Source of the DNA: Barthelona sp. PCE
Taxonomy: Eukaryota
DNA length: 59,133 bases
NCBI GenBank assembly: GCA_040285745.1
Contig: JAUFOR010000004.1
Coordinates: 1,364,001 to 1,423,133 of the forward strand
Direction: 5' to 3'
Made by a program: the position numbers and the translations under genes. The notes under the pieces are model-generated. The model was not told the origin of the DNA. It did not search any database and was given only the letters and a program-made list of their open reading frames with translations. Below, one piece after another: positions 28,976-39,111 of the stretch; within the stretch, counting starts at the first letter, position 1, and every line of letters starts with the position of its first letter.

Positions 28976-31037
28976 TTAACCCAGATAAACGAGCATCGCT
29001 TCTGAGAACCTTAAGCATATTTGGAAACCTTAAAGTAAAAAACAAACTCAATTCTCTATCCTTGGTTAGACTAATACGCTTTTCATATATCTTAATTTCA
29101 CGGATTAGATCAGCAATTTTGAAGTTAAATTGATGCAATATTTCAACAGGAGTAATTACAAAAATTTTTTCAATAAAACGTAACATATGAATATCTAATA
29201 ACCCATTATGACCAATAAAAAGTATATTCAACCAATTTTGGTAAGCAAAAAACGATTGCTTCTGATGAAAATTGATGTATACAGGCAGCATTTTATCAAA
29301 AAAAGTAAAGAAAAATGTTGGAAAATTCAATCTTGTAACAGGTGATACATTCAAAATCCTCACAAAACGAATAGGATCATTCACATACGACTGACATACT
29401 ATATTAAATACCTGTGATGCATATTTTTTCTCAATGTGATCAAGAATAAATGAAGGATACACGAATTGATCCTCCTCACATGGAATTAAATGCTCAAAGT
29501 CTGCATTCATTAACAAGTCAATCATCAAAATTGCCTCTTCCTTTTCATCTGCTGATAATTCTCTCCCGGAAAGATTAGCGAAAAAAGTTTCTATCTTGGG
29601 AAACCCTCCTGTAAAACAAACCATTACATTACAATCATGATACAAAGCGTTAAAAAGAATACCAACCTCAGCACTTGAATATACCTCCACGTCTTCTGGT
29701 TGATCACATGCAAAAAAAGCTAGCAACTCGGTATCAATGAGAATGCACTCTTGCAAAATTGAAGAAATGCATGTTCCACCATCCCACTCTTGTACCAACT
29801 GCGTCATCTGTGATTCGAAGATTGAAAGACCAAAAAAAGTCTTTTGGATTGTCTTTAACACCTTTACGATTTCAAAAATCGAAAAAAGAGAAGATTCTGT
29901 TGATCTTATAGAATTCAAACAAATAAGTGAATTAACATGATTGGATACGATAGAGTAATCATACGCACCCTCTTCAACAAACTTGGAAAGGCTCCATACT
30001 ATTCTCTGTGCCAATTTCTGAATTGGTAAATCAAAAAAAGTTTCGATAACGGTTTCATCGTTGTTACTTGCAAAAAAAGCATTACAAGCACGACACATGC
30101 GGTATATATCTCTACATGTCACACTTTGGGGTTCAAACAAAGACAACACTGCACTTATGTAATCACGAGGAGCATAATTGAAGAGATGCACATTCTTACA
30201 TAATGATCTAAAATCGCTTTCCTTAATTAAGTTAATTATGTGTTCCCTACCAATTAAACAAGATACCTTATCAATCTCAACAATGGAAAATTTCTCAGTA
30301 AATGTGAGCTTAGAAAAATTCTGCATAAATATCCCCATTTCTTCATCATTCAAAGTCAAACCCAGAACCATTAAACCGCAAACTGTGTCACATACTTGGC
30401 GTGGAGTGTTTTTATCATTGTAAATTAAGTGAAGATGATCAACAAGAAGTTGCTGTGGAAACCTGTAGAGCGAAATATATCGAGATTTTAATCTATTAAA
30501 AAATATTGAATCATCAATGTGTGTGCGAAATATGGCATGTATATTGGATACAAACTTATTTTCCACTTTTTCCTGCTCAAACCAATTCATACCAAAAACA
30601 GCCTCCGTCTTCTCACATGTAATTGTGTTCAATTGGGCGCACGACTTCAAGTAAGCGTAGTACTGCTCGTACTGCGAACATAAAACATACTCTGCAAAAA
30701 CAATTGCAATAAATTTGTGAAACTTGGAAATATGATTTTCTATTTGAAGGTGGTGATCATATATCAACCTTACAGCGACTGGTATAATGTCCTTAGGTGC
30801 AAAATGTGTGCTTTCATGCAATAAATAATCGACAAAAACAGTAAACAATTGTTCTTGCAGCAAAAAGGCTGCCCGACCAACAAACTGAATGAAATGCTGG
30901 ATCTCGTCTGCAGTAAGACTCGATATAGATGCAAACTTCCTCTGTATAATCTCATTAACTTCTAATTGGATATTTGAGATATACAATCCTCCATCAACAG
31001 TATTCTCACTTGAAATGATGTCGAATTCTGCTTCCAT
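28959..31037 (-). CDS. Hypothetical helical protein (692 aa)
   Basis: Long ATG-started ORF; its 3' end overlaps UTP13 by 17 bp; no motif recognised. Confidence 0.75.
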   Translation of the reverse strand: MEAEFDIISSENTVDGGLYISNIQLEVNEIIQRKFASISSLTADEIQHFIQFVGRAAFLLQEQLFTVFVDYLLHESTHFAPKDIIPVAVRLIYDHHLQIENHISKFHKFIAIVFAEYVLCSQYEQYYAYLKSCAQLNTITCEKTEAVFGMNWFEQEKVENKFVSNIHAIFRTHIDDSIFFNRLKSRYISLYRFPQQLLVDHLHLIYNDKNTPRQVCDTVCGLMVLGLTLNDEEMGIFMQNFSKLTFTEKFSIVEIDKVSCLIGREHIINLIKESDFRSLCKNVHLFNYAPRDYISAVLSLFEPQSVTCRDIYRMCRACNAFFASNNDETVIETFFDLPIQKLAQRIVWSLSKFVEEGAYDYSIVSNHVNSLICLNSIRSTESSLFSIFEIVKVLKTIQKTFFGLSIFESQMTQLVQEWDGGTCISSILQECILIDTELLAFFACDQPEDVEVYSSAEVGILFNALYHDCNVMVCFTGGFPKIETFFANLSGRELSADEKEEAILMIDLLMNADFEHLIPCEEDQFVYPSFILDHIEKKYASQVFNIVCQSYVNDPIRFVRILNVSPVTRLNFPTFFFTFFDKMLPVYINFHQKQSFFAYQNWLNILFIGHNGLLDIHMLRFIEKIFVITPVEILHQFNFKIADLIREIKIYEKRISLTKDRELSLFFTLRFPNMLKVLRSDARLSGLIKDCS

Positions 31038-31229
31038 GGAAATATTAGCCAGTTATAAACAACCGATAAACAAAGGTAAGAGAAATATAATAAAACAGGC
31101 ATGAACTAGTGCTATATCGCCATATGCTCCCATTGACAGTGGCAATAAAAAACAAAGAGATAGAGGTGACCGTTGGATGGTTCAAAAGCCCACTCAAACT
31201 TGCTATATTTTTTTTTCGCTTTATTCATT

Positions 31230-32747
31230 ATGGAACCCGTCGATCGCACTGTTGCCCAATTCGGTGACCTTCCCCTCAACATGTCTCAAACCCGTGAGTA
31301 CCTTAAGTTCACCAAGGTTGAGGAACTCACCGCCGAGCTCGATGGTCAGTCCGTCCTTGTTCGTGCACGTGTCCAGCGTGTTCGTGGCCGTGGTAAGAGC
31401 GCTTTCGTGCTTCTTCGCGAGCAATTCGCCACTGTTCAGTGTTGCTGTTTCGCTTCTGAGGAGATTCCCCGCCCTATGGTCAAGTACATCCAGAAGATTC
31501 AGCCCGAGTCTATGATTGATATTGTCGGTACGGTTACTATCCCTCCCAAGCCCATCAGCGGTGCCTCTCAGCCCGTTGAGGTCCAGATCGAGAAGGTGTA
31601 CGTCGTTAACCGCTCTGTCCCCACCCTCCCCTTCCAGATGAACGATGCACTCATGACCCCCGCCACCCGCGCTGAAAAGGGAATCGGTGAGATCTCCCGT
31701 GACAAACGTCTCGACAACCGTGTCTTTGACCTCCGTGTCCCCACCAACCTCGCCATCTTTAAGATTCAGGCCATGATCGGCCAGCTCTTCCGTGAGTTCC
31801 TCATGAAGAACAACTTCCTCGAGATTCACTCCCCCAAGATTATTGGCGGTTCTTCTGAGGGTGGCTCCAACGTCTTCTTCCTTGAGTACTTTGGCAGAGA
31901 GGCTGCTCTTGCCCAGTCCCCCCAGCTGTACAAGCAGATGGCCATCTGCGCTGACTTTGGCCGTGTTTTCGAGGTTGCCCCCGTCTTCCGTGCCGAGAAC
32001 TCAATGACTCACCGTCACATGACCGAGTTCGTTGGTTTCGATGTCGAGATGGAGATCAAGGAGCACTACCACGAGGCCCTCGAGCTCTGGGGCGAGCTCA
32101 TGATCTACATCCTCAAGAACGTTGAGGAGCGTTGCGCCAAGGAGATTGAGATTGTCCGCGAGCAGTACCCTGCCGAGCCCTTCCTGATCCCCGATGAGGT
32201 TCCCATCTTCACCTACGCTCAGGCTGTCGAGTGGTTGAACAACGATCTCCAGAACCGAATCATCCCTCAGGTTGAGAGTGGCGAGCTTGAGCTCACTAAG
32301 GAGGAGAAGGAGTCCTACGTTATGCTCGAACCCACAGATGACATTGACACATGCAACGAGAAGCGTCTGGGTGTCATCATCCACAACATGCATGGAACTG
32401 ATTTGTACACCATTGACAAGTTCCCTCTGTCCCACCGACCCTTCTACACCATGCCCGATCCCGTCGATCCCACCATCACCAACTCTTATGATATCTTCCT
32501 TCGCGGTGAGGAGATCTGTTCTGGTGCCCAGCGTATCCACGAAGTCGAGGCTCTGCTTAAGAGAGCTGAGGAGTGCGGATTGGACGTCAACACCTTGAAA
32601 GATTACGCCGAGTCCTTCCAATACGGTGCCACTGCTATGGCTGGCGCTGGATTCGGTTGCGAGCGTTTGGTGCTCTTCTATTTGGGCATTGACAACATCA
32701 GGAATTGTTCCTTGTTCCCCCGTGATCCCAAGAGGCTTTACCCTTAA
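31230..32747 (+). CDS. DARS1: Aspartate--tRNA ligase, cytosolic eukaryotic type
   Basis: OB-fold N-terminus, RLDNRVFDLR, SSEGGSNVF, LAQSPQLYKQM, motif 2 VFRAENSMTHRHMTEF, GEEICSGAQRIH and terminal LFPRDPKRLYP. Strong C-ending codon bias. First ATG at 31230. Confidence 0.97.
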   Translation: MEPVDRTVAQFGDLPLNMSQTREYLKFTKVEELTAELDGQSVLVRARVQRVRGRGKSAFVLLREQFATVQCCCFASEEIPRPMVKYIQKIQPESMIDIVGTVTIPPKPISGASQPVEVQIEKVYVVNRSVPTLPFQMNDALMTPATRAEKGIGEISRDKRLDNRVFDLRVPTNLAIFKIQAMIGQLFREFLMKNNFLEIHSPKIIGGSSEGGSNVFFLEYFGREAALAQSPQLYKQMAICADFGRVFEVAPVFRAENSMTHRHMTEFVGFDVEMEIKEHYHEALELWGELMIYILKNVEERCAKEIEIVREQYPAEPFLIPDEVPIFTYAQAVEWLNNDLQNRIIPQVESGELELTKEEKESYVMLEPTDDIDTCNEKRLGVIIHNMHGTDLYTIDKFPLSHRPFYTMPDPVDPTITNSYDIFLRGEEICSGAQRIHEVEALLKRAEECGLDVNTLKDYAESFQYGATAMAGAGFGCERLVLFYLGIDNIRNCSLFPRDPKRLYP

Positions 32748-33009
32748 ATTGAATAAATCAATTATCTGTTTTTTCAACATAATTTCGTGTGTTCAGCAGT
32801 GTAAATAGCTTCAAAAACGTTTTCAATTGTAAAAAAATTTCCAAAAAAGATTGGGTAAAAATATCGATACAGAAAGCTCTTATGGTAGTCATCGCAAGTC
32901 CAACCCCGTTAAACGTTAGATACGACACCCCATGGCCTGTAAATTCTATCAGTTATGCTTCTATGTTCCTGAAACAGTTTTATTTACCCATTTCTGTCTG
33001 ATTTCTGCA

Positions 33010-34887
33010 ATGCACATCTTCAATTCTTTCTCTTTCACCAAAGAACAGTTCCTTGAGGTCATTGAATTCGCCGTTGATGTCAAGGCTCATCCCGAGAACT
33101 ACTCAACAGCTTTAAAAGGCAAGACCCTTCTTGGTCTTTACTCCAAACCTTCCCTCCGTACTCGTGTCTCCTTTGAAACATTGATGACTGATTGTGGTGG
33201 TCACCAAATCTACTACAATATGGGTACATCACCTCTCGGTGTTAAGGAGTCCTTTGAAGATACTGGCGCTGTCCTCTCCCGCATGGTTGATGTTGTCACT
33301 GCCCGTGTCAAGTCCTTCAAGGAGATTGAAGGTCTTGCTAAGCACTCCACCATCCCGATCATCAACGCTCTTGATGATCAAGGTCACCCTATGCAGATGC
33401 TTGCTGATTTCCTCACCATCTACGAGAAGAAGGGTACCTTCGAAGGTCTCAAGATGGTTTACGCTGGTGATTGTTGCAACAATGTTACTTACGATCTCAT
33501 GCGTACTTGTGCTCTCCTTGGTATGGATATGACTGTTTCTTCCCCCGACCACGCTGATTACAAGTGTGCTGACTTCATCTGGGAAGAGATCAAGCCCTAC
33601 TGTGAGGCTTCTGGTTCAAAGATTAATTGGACTCCCATTGCTGCAGAGGCTTTTGTTAATGCTGATGTTATCTACGCCGACTCTTGGTTCTCCTACGGTA
33701 TTCCTATGGAAGAGAAGCAAATTCGTGTTGATGCTCTTATGCCCTACCAAGTTAACATGGAAATGTGCGCACTTGCTAACAAGGATCACATTTTCATGAA
33801 CTGTCTCCCCGCCATGCGTGGATACGAGCAGACTGCCGAGGTCATTGATGGTCCCAACTCTGTCGTCTTTGACGAAGCAGAGAACAGATTGCACGCCCAG
33901 AAGGCCTGTCTCATTTGGATGCTTACAGATATCCGCCCTCAACCCAAGAAGCGTCTTGTTGTTGCTTTGGGTGGAAACGCTCTCCGTCAACGTCACGAAA
34001 GCGGTTCTTTTGAGGAGACGTACGCTAACTGTGTCACCACCTGTAACGAACTTGCCAAGATCATTAAGGAAGGTTACGATATCACCATTGGTCACGGAAA
34101 CGGACCTCAGGTGGGTTCTATTCTCAAGCAAAACGAGACCGCCGCTGCTACCGTCCCCGCACAACCTCTTCCTATCTGTGGTGCTATGTCCCAAGGTCAG
34201 ATTGGTTACATGCTCCAACAAGCTCTTCAGAACACCTTTGCCAGAGAGGGAATCAACCAGCCCGTCGCAACTCTCGTCACCCAGGTTGAGGTTTCTATGC
34301 AGGATCCCGCTTGGACTAACCCCCAAAAGCCCATTGGTTCTTTCATGAGCGAGGCTGAGGCCCGTGAGCTCGAGAAGGAAGGCAAGACCGTCAAGGAAGA
34401 CAGTGGTCGTGGTTGGAGAGAGGTTGTTGCCTCCCCCACCCCCATTTCCATTGCTGAGTACCCCGCTATCGAGACACTCGTCAAGAACGGTTTCGCCGTC
34501 ATCGCCTCCGGTGGTGGTGGTGTCCCTGTTGTCCGTAACGAGGACGGTACCCTTGAGGGTCGTCCTGCCGTTATCGATAAGGATCTTGCTACACAACTCA
34601 TGGCCAAGATGCTTCACGCTGATACTTACATGATTCTTACTGATGTTGAATTCGTCTACGTCCACTACCGTGACCCCGAGAAGCGCAAGGCTCTTCGCGA
34701 TCTCACAGTTGCTGAGGCCGAAGAATACATGGCTGATGGTGAGTTCGCCGCTGGTTCCATGGGTCCCAAGGTCAAGGCCTGTATCAAGTTCGTTAAGGAA
34801 ACTGGTCGCCCTGCTATCATTACTTCCCTTAACAAGGCTCTCGATGCTTTGAACGGTTTGACTGGTACCAAAATTGTCCCCAACTAA
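33010..34887 (+). CDS. Ornithine transcarbamylase-carbamate kinase fusion protein (arginine deiminase pathway)
   Basis: OTC half: KPSLRTRVSFE, HPMQMLAD, DSWFSYG, FMNCLPA, EAENRLHAQKA. CK half: VVALGGNAL, HGNGPQVG, NPQKPIG, EDSGRGWREVVASP, GGGGVPV, VIDKDLA, GSMGPKV. Single uninterrupted frame; likely ATG at 33010. Confidence 0.95.
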   Translation: MHIFNSFSFTKEQFLEVIEFAVDVKAHPENYSTALKGKTLLGLYSKPSLRTRVSFETLMTDCGGHQIYYNMGTSPLGVKESFEDTGAVLSRMVDVVTARVKSFKEIEGLAKHSTIPIINALDDQGHPMQMLADFLTIYEKKGTFEGLKMVYAGDCCNNVTYDLMRTCALLGMDMTVSSPDHADYKCADFIWEEIKPYCEASGSKINWTPIAAEAFVNADVIYADSWFSYGIPMEEKQIRVDALMPYQVNMEMCALANKDHIFMNCLPAMRGYEQTAEVIDGPNSVVFDEAENRLHAQKACLIWMLTDIRPQPKKRLVVALGGNALRQRHESGSFEETYANCVTTCNELAKIIKEGYDITIGHGNGPQVGSILKQNETAAATVPAQPLPICGAMSQGQIGYMLQQALQNTFAREGINQPVATLVTQVEVSMQDPAWTNPQKPIGSFMSEAEARELEKEGKTVKEDSGRGWREVVASPTPISIAEYPAIETLVKNGFAVIASGGGGVPVVRNEDGTLEGRPAVIDKDLATQLMAKMLHADTYMILTDVEFVYVHYRDPEKRKALRDLTVAEAEEYMADGEFAAGSMGPKVKACIKFVKETGRPAIITSLNKALDALNGLTGTKIVPN

Positions 34888-34942
34888 TTCTCCTCCTAGT
34901 AAATCTTTTTTTTAAATTTTCACATTTACTATTATTGCTCAA

Positions 34943-36232
34943 TTATTGTTCTGTCTTTTTAGCAGATGATGACTCATCAGGTCCCAAATTTGTACATGTG
35001 TATAAATCATAAACATTGGGCAGAGAAAAAGAAAACCGTGTATTCGAAGGTACGTGAACATCTTTTAATGTTATGGAAGGAATCGGTGCTTTCTTAACGC
35101 TCTCCGGTATTTCAACTGTAGGAAACACAAATCTTTGCTTGTTCTGAGGTTGAAAACTGGACTGCATTGCAGACTTAAGACTCCAACGTGATTCTAATTC
35201 TGTTCTTGACGTGCCACAATCCATCAGGAACTGCTGTAGCGTACAGTGTGTGTCTTCAATATAGTCAGATCTATCCTTTGCTGTACCAACATCTTCCGCA
35301 ATCATCTCGCCAAATCTTTCCAAATTAAACGGATCTTTCACTACAGGCATTGAAACAGTGGGCTTAAAGCATGGTTTGACAGCCACATGTGAAGTTGTGG
35401 ATACTTGATGATATCTCTTCTTTTGTACTCTGTAGATCTGTGGGTTCTCACTACTTACCTCTATACGATGCTCCTTATTGTGGCATATGTACCAGATGGG
35501 AGGGAAGACCACCTTTTTAGTGCTGGCCTTGGCGACGCATGCTTCCGGTGAGATGTGATCCCAAACATCAGGTTCCTTCATGACTTGCATGTCTTCTTTG
35601 GTAAAGGAATCTTCATCTGGCCCACGTTCATGCAGATACATACAGTCTGGGTTGGAACACGGCATGTTACGGATGAAGTGCGAACAGTACTTTGTTGTTC
35701 CAAAGCGAACCCGTAACTCACAACCATTCAACACAAGACCATCAGTAGCAGCTATAGCGCTGGTAGCAGCCTCCTTTGTTCTGAACGTTATGTATGCGGT
35801 CACAGTCGCCCTGTTGGTTGATTGATTAACAACAACTTTGACGATCTCACCGTACTGACCAAAATATTGGAATGATTTCAGTCGTGCTGGTTGTGCAATT
35901 ACCCGCGGTAATCCAACAACATACACAAGGTTATATCGCCGTACACGTATACTTGCAAGTTGTTGCCTGGAATATTTAGAACCCAAAGCCTTGCCCTGTG
36001 AATTTCTTCGCTTCTTCTTGCGATCATCGGATTGTAAATCAACGTCCATGTTGTTTTTCCTCACGAAGTTAGCTTCTGTGTATGAATTTCGGCACTGAGG
36101 ACATTGGTTGTTCGTTTCCTGAATTCTGTTAAAGCAAAATGCACATAGCTGAAATCCGCATGTGCATGGGAAGAACTGAAGATCTCCCACATCCATGGGT
36201 TGGTAACAAATAGGGCAGATGTTGTCCTTCAT
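34943..36232 (-). CDS. NOT4: CCR4-NOT subunit 4 (RING E3 ligase with RRM and C3H1 finger)
   Basis: C4C4 RING CPICYQPM...FFPCTCGFQLCAFC...CPQCR, RRM NLVYVVGL...YFGQYGEIVKVVV, and FGTTKYC...CSNPDCMYLHE. Confidence 0.95.
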   Translation of the reverse strand: MKDNICPICYQPMDVGDLQFFPCTCGFQLCAFCFNRIQETNNQCPQCRNSYTEANFVRKNNMDVDLQSDDRKKKRRNSQGKALGSKYSRQQLASIRVRRYNLVYVVGLPRVIAQPARLKSFQYFGQYGEIVKVVVNQSTNRATVTAYITFRTKEAATSAIAATDGLVLNGCELRVRFGTTKYCSHFIRNMPCSNPDCMYLHERGPDEDSFTKEDMQVMKEPDVWDHISPEACVAKASTKKVVFPPIWYICHNKEHRIEVSSENPQIYRVQKKRYHQVSTTSHVAVKPCFKPTVSMPVVKDPFNLERFGEMIAEDVGTAKDRSDYIEDTHCTLQQFLMDCGTSRTELESRWSLKSAMQSSFQPQNKQRFVFPTVEIPESVKKAPIPSITLKDVHVPSNTRFSFSLPNVYDLYTCTNLGPDESSSAKKTEQ

Positions 36233-36642
36233 TGAGAAAGAAGTATATAAAGCAAAAGCAATAATTTTAACCTAACTTGTTTGATGTTATGAAACACATT
36301 CAATCATGCATCTACGATTAACCTGATAAGTAAGTGAATTACAGAAATGCAAAAACCGGCGCTCTTAACGTTAATAAAACCATATAATGTTACATATTTA
36401 TCACAATTGTGGACTTACAACCTGAATAGTTCACATTAAAACTTCCTTAACATGTTAGTATGAAGAATCATATTTTCTTCTGTATGTGTAATCGAATTTT
36501 GTGGTGATTTAGATGCCTTTAAGGACAGTAAATTCCTTAAAAACACCATTCAATCAAGTAATAATTACCAAAACGAAATTATAAGTGATTTAACTGTCAA
36601 TAGCTCGTTACTCGTTATTACCCCTTTTTCGTAATAGTTAGC

Positions 36643-36876
36643 ATGAAAAAAGTTTGCGCCTTAGCATTGGTGGGCACTGTTGCTGCTGCTGGATTGGCTT
36701 ACAAATTCAGAGAAGATATTGGTGAGAAGGTTGTTAGCTTCCGCAAATTTCTGAAGAACAAGTTGTGTAGCGAACGCAAATGCCCCTTCGGTAGCTGTGA
36801 GGACTGTGAAAGCCACGATGAGACAGAACTTTTACCTGCTGAGGAACAAGAGCAATCTGTTGCTGAAGAGTTTTAA
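36643..36876 (+). CDS. Small protein with an N-terminal hydrophobic anchor and acidic, Cys-containing tail (77 aa)
   Basis: MKKVCALALVGTVAAAGLAYKFR; preceded by the TTACCC-type upstream motif seen before other genes. Confidence 0.65.
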   Translation: MKKVCALALVGTVAAAGLAYKFREDIGEKVVSFRKFLKNKLCSERKCPFGSCEDCESHDETELLPAEEQEQSVAEEF

Positions 36877-36991
36877 ATATACGCTCTATTAACCTGCTTG
36901 TTAATGTCATATTAGTAAAAACACCTGTTTTATTGTTCTTTTCTTTTTTGCATACTTATCTTTTTTGGTTTTTGCATATTTCTTTATAAAC

Positions 36992-39097
36992 ATGGACGAT
37001 ACATTGGACATAAAGGAGATTACTGATATATTGTCGAATCTAGATCTGGACGAGGAAGAGATTGATTTTCTATCAACGTACTTAAACGAGGAATCAACTC
37101 CGCTTGAGGCAAGGGATAAGGTTGACGCCGAGATAACGGCGTTGATTGAAGAGATTACAGTATCTCTCAGTTCATTCGAGAGTTTTAAGCAAATTGATGA
37201 GGAGTTCGATTACAACCTAAAATCAGTGAGTGATCTTGAGAACTGGTTCACATCCACGTTCACCATGCTTGAGTCTCTGAAGAGAGAGGTAATGAAGATC
37301 AGGGATGGTAATCTAATTGTAGAACGAAAGAACATGAATCAGCAGAGCCTGTTTAGTCGCCTGGAGACTCTTTTGGAGTCCATAACATTCAAGAAAAGCA
37401 CAGTTGATTTGCTTGAAGAAGCCAAGTCGAATGAGTTCGTGCAGAAAATGGGAACCATGCGTCGCTACACTCAAAGAGTAGATAATGCACTTGATGATAT
37501 CCTCAGGGTACACAACCACAATCTGCCAGAGTATTTCAACCAGATGATTGTTGTTAAAATGGCCCTGCGCGACTGTCATAACGCTATCGAGTTGGTTGGC
37601 AGCAAACTAGTAGAACATCTACGCATCATGCTCAGTAACAAGAGCGTTGAGATAATGAACTCAACTGGGAAGATGAACCTCGTCTGCACCGACTTCCGTG
37701 ATGTGATATGCAAGCATGAAATCTCACTCGTTTCTGTCTGTCAACTGCCTGTTGGAGTAGATCATGTAGAGACACTACTCAGCATCTTCTGCCAATACAA
37801 CACACAGTATCATATCAAACGATTCAACAGCACGTACGAAGGGTTCAGGTTAGACGATGTCAGCACGATCGACTCAACGCTGTTGAATTCTATGAACGAG
37901 AAACTGTGTAGCAAGTACAATGCGCAGCGCATAAGCCACGACTACAGCCAGATAGACTCTGCGGAAAGCTATCTCCCATTGAGTGTGAGCGACACTACGC
38001 CATCGAAACGAGATAATTCAGCGTTCTATCGCATCTTGGTCTATGAGTTTGCATGCGCAGTTGCTCGCGAAGAGGTGTTTCTGTCATCTTTGAAAGTTAT
38101 TGAAAAAGTGGCTGGTGATGAGAGTGTTGAGAATACCGTCATGGGTTATATTAAAACAATGCTTTTTCCAGCATTCCAGATTGTTGCCGACAAGCTAAAG
38201 AAAGAGATCAAACGCATTGACCCGTTTCTGTTGTTCAGTGCTGCGCTTGACCTGAAGCGGTGGGTTGCCATTTTTGATTTGAACCATAAGCCTTATGTCA
38301 GCGAGTTTTTGATGACGCAGCTGACGGGACTGGTTGGTGACTTTGACCAGTTCTGCCACAAGCAGGCAACAACCTTGAAGAAAGTCAAGACAAGTCTTCG
38401 CAAATCTGATGTGGTCATCCCTATTCAACGTACAATCAGTTTTGTTGGGCGCCTTGGGCTCAGCGTCGCGTTTGTGTTGAAGAATTCGTGTGAAAGAGCA
38501 GATTCAACCGTGAATCAATCAATGTTGGAACTCGCCCACTCGATCGCACGTGAGTTCCCACACCGAATCTTCAGATGGCTTTTGGATATCAAGGAGGACC
38601 TGGCAAAGTATCTCCATATCAGTCTATATCAAAATTTCAGCTTCCTCGCACACAATATCAACAAGAATTTATTTCCAGAGTTCAATCTTGTAGATATAAA
38701 AGAAGAGTGTATGAGACGTGCTGAACAACATCTTCACAATTACTGTGAGGTGCTTTGTGGCCAGTATTTCTCTGAAATGACACTATTTCTGGACGCGCTC
38801 ATCGAGGTAACTGGATTGCTGGATCCAATAGAAGTACCATACCAAGTCGACTTTGCACCTGATAAGCTTCGGGGGCAGGTTGTTGAAATCGAGAAATCGT
38901 TCCAGTCTCGGTTGAACGTTGTACACAGAAAGATAAGTAAGCATTTGTCAGGTACGCCTGAATATATTGAGTTGGTTATGGACCAATTCCACAGACATAT
39001 GGCTCAGATGCTAATCCAACTGGGTGATATCCGTAAGCGCTGCTTTCCATTTGAGAATTGGTCATTCGAGGATCTTCTCAATCACATTAATGATTGA
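36992..39097 (+). CDS. SEC3: Exocyst component Sec3/EXOC1-like
   Basis: The coiled coil LENWFTSTFTMLESLKREVMKIRDGNLIVERKNMNQQSLFSRLETLL and the C-terminal YQNFSFL, YFSEMTLF...PIEVPYQ and RKISKHL resemble Sec3. First ATG at 36992. Confidence 0.72.
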   Translation: MDDTLDIKEITDILSNLDLDEEEIDFLSTYLNEESTPLEARDKVDAEITALIEEITVSLSSFESFKQIDEEFDYNLKSVSDLENWFTSTFTMLESLKREVMKIRDGNLIVERKNMNQQSLFSRLETLLESITFKKSTVDLLEEAKSNEFVQKMGTMRRYTQRVDNALDDILRVHNHNLPEYFNQMIVVKMALRDCHNAIELVGSKLVEHLRIMLSNKSVEIMNSTGKMNLVCTDFRDVICKHEISLVSVCQLPVGVDHVETLLSIFCQYNTQYHIKRFNSTYEGFRLDDVSTIDSTLLNSMNEKLCSKYNAQRISHDYSQIDSAESYLPLSVSDTTPSKRDNSAFYRILVYEFACAVAREEVFLSSLKVIEKVAGDESVENTVMGYIKTMLFPAFQIVADKLKKEIKRIDPFLLFSAALDLKRWVAIFDLNHKPYVSEFLMTQLTGLVGDFDQFCHKQATTLKKVKTSLRKSDVVIPIQRTISFVGRLGLSVAFVLKNSCERADSTVNQSMLELAHSIAREFPHRIFRWLLDIKEDLAKYLHISLYQNFSFLAHNINKNLFPEFNLVDIKEECMRRAEQHLHNYCEVLCGQYFSEMTLFLDALIEVTGLLDPIEVPYQVDFAPDKLRGQVVEIEKSFQSRLNVVHRKISKHLSGTPEYIELVMDQFHRHMAQMLIQLGDIRKRCFPFENWSFEDLLNHIND

Positions 39098-39111
39098 TTT
39101 TACTGTATTTA

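Noticed and set aside
31221-34665. Long antisense ORFs over AspRS and OTC-CK (also 47516..47968 and 48024..48833)
   Set aside because: Shadow frames expected from strong C-ending codon bias on the sense strand; no protein-like motifs.
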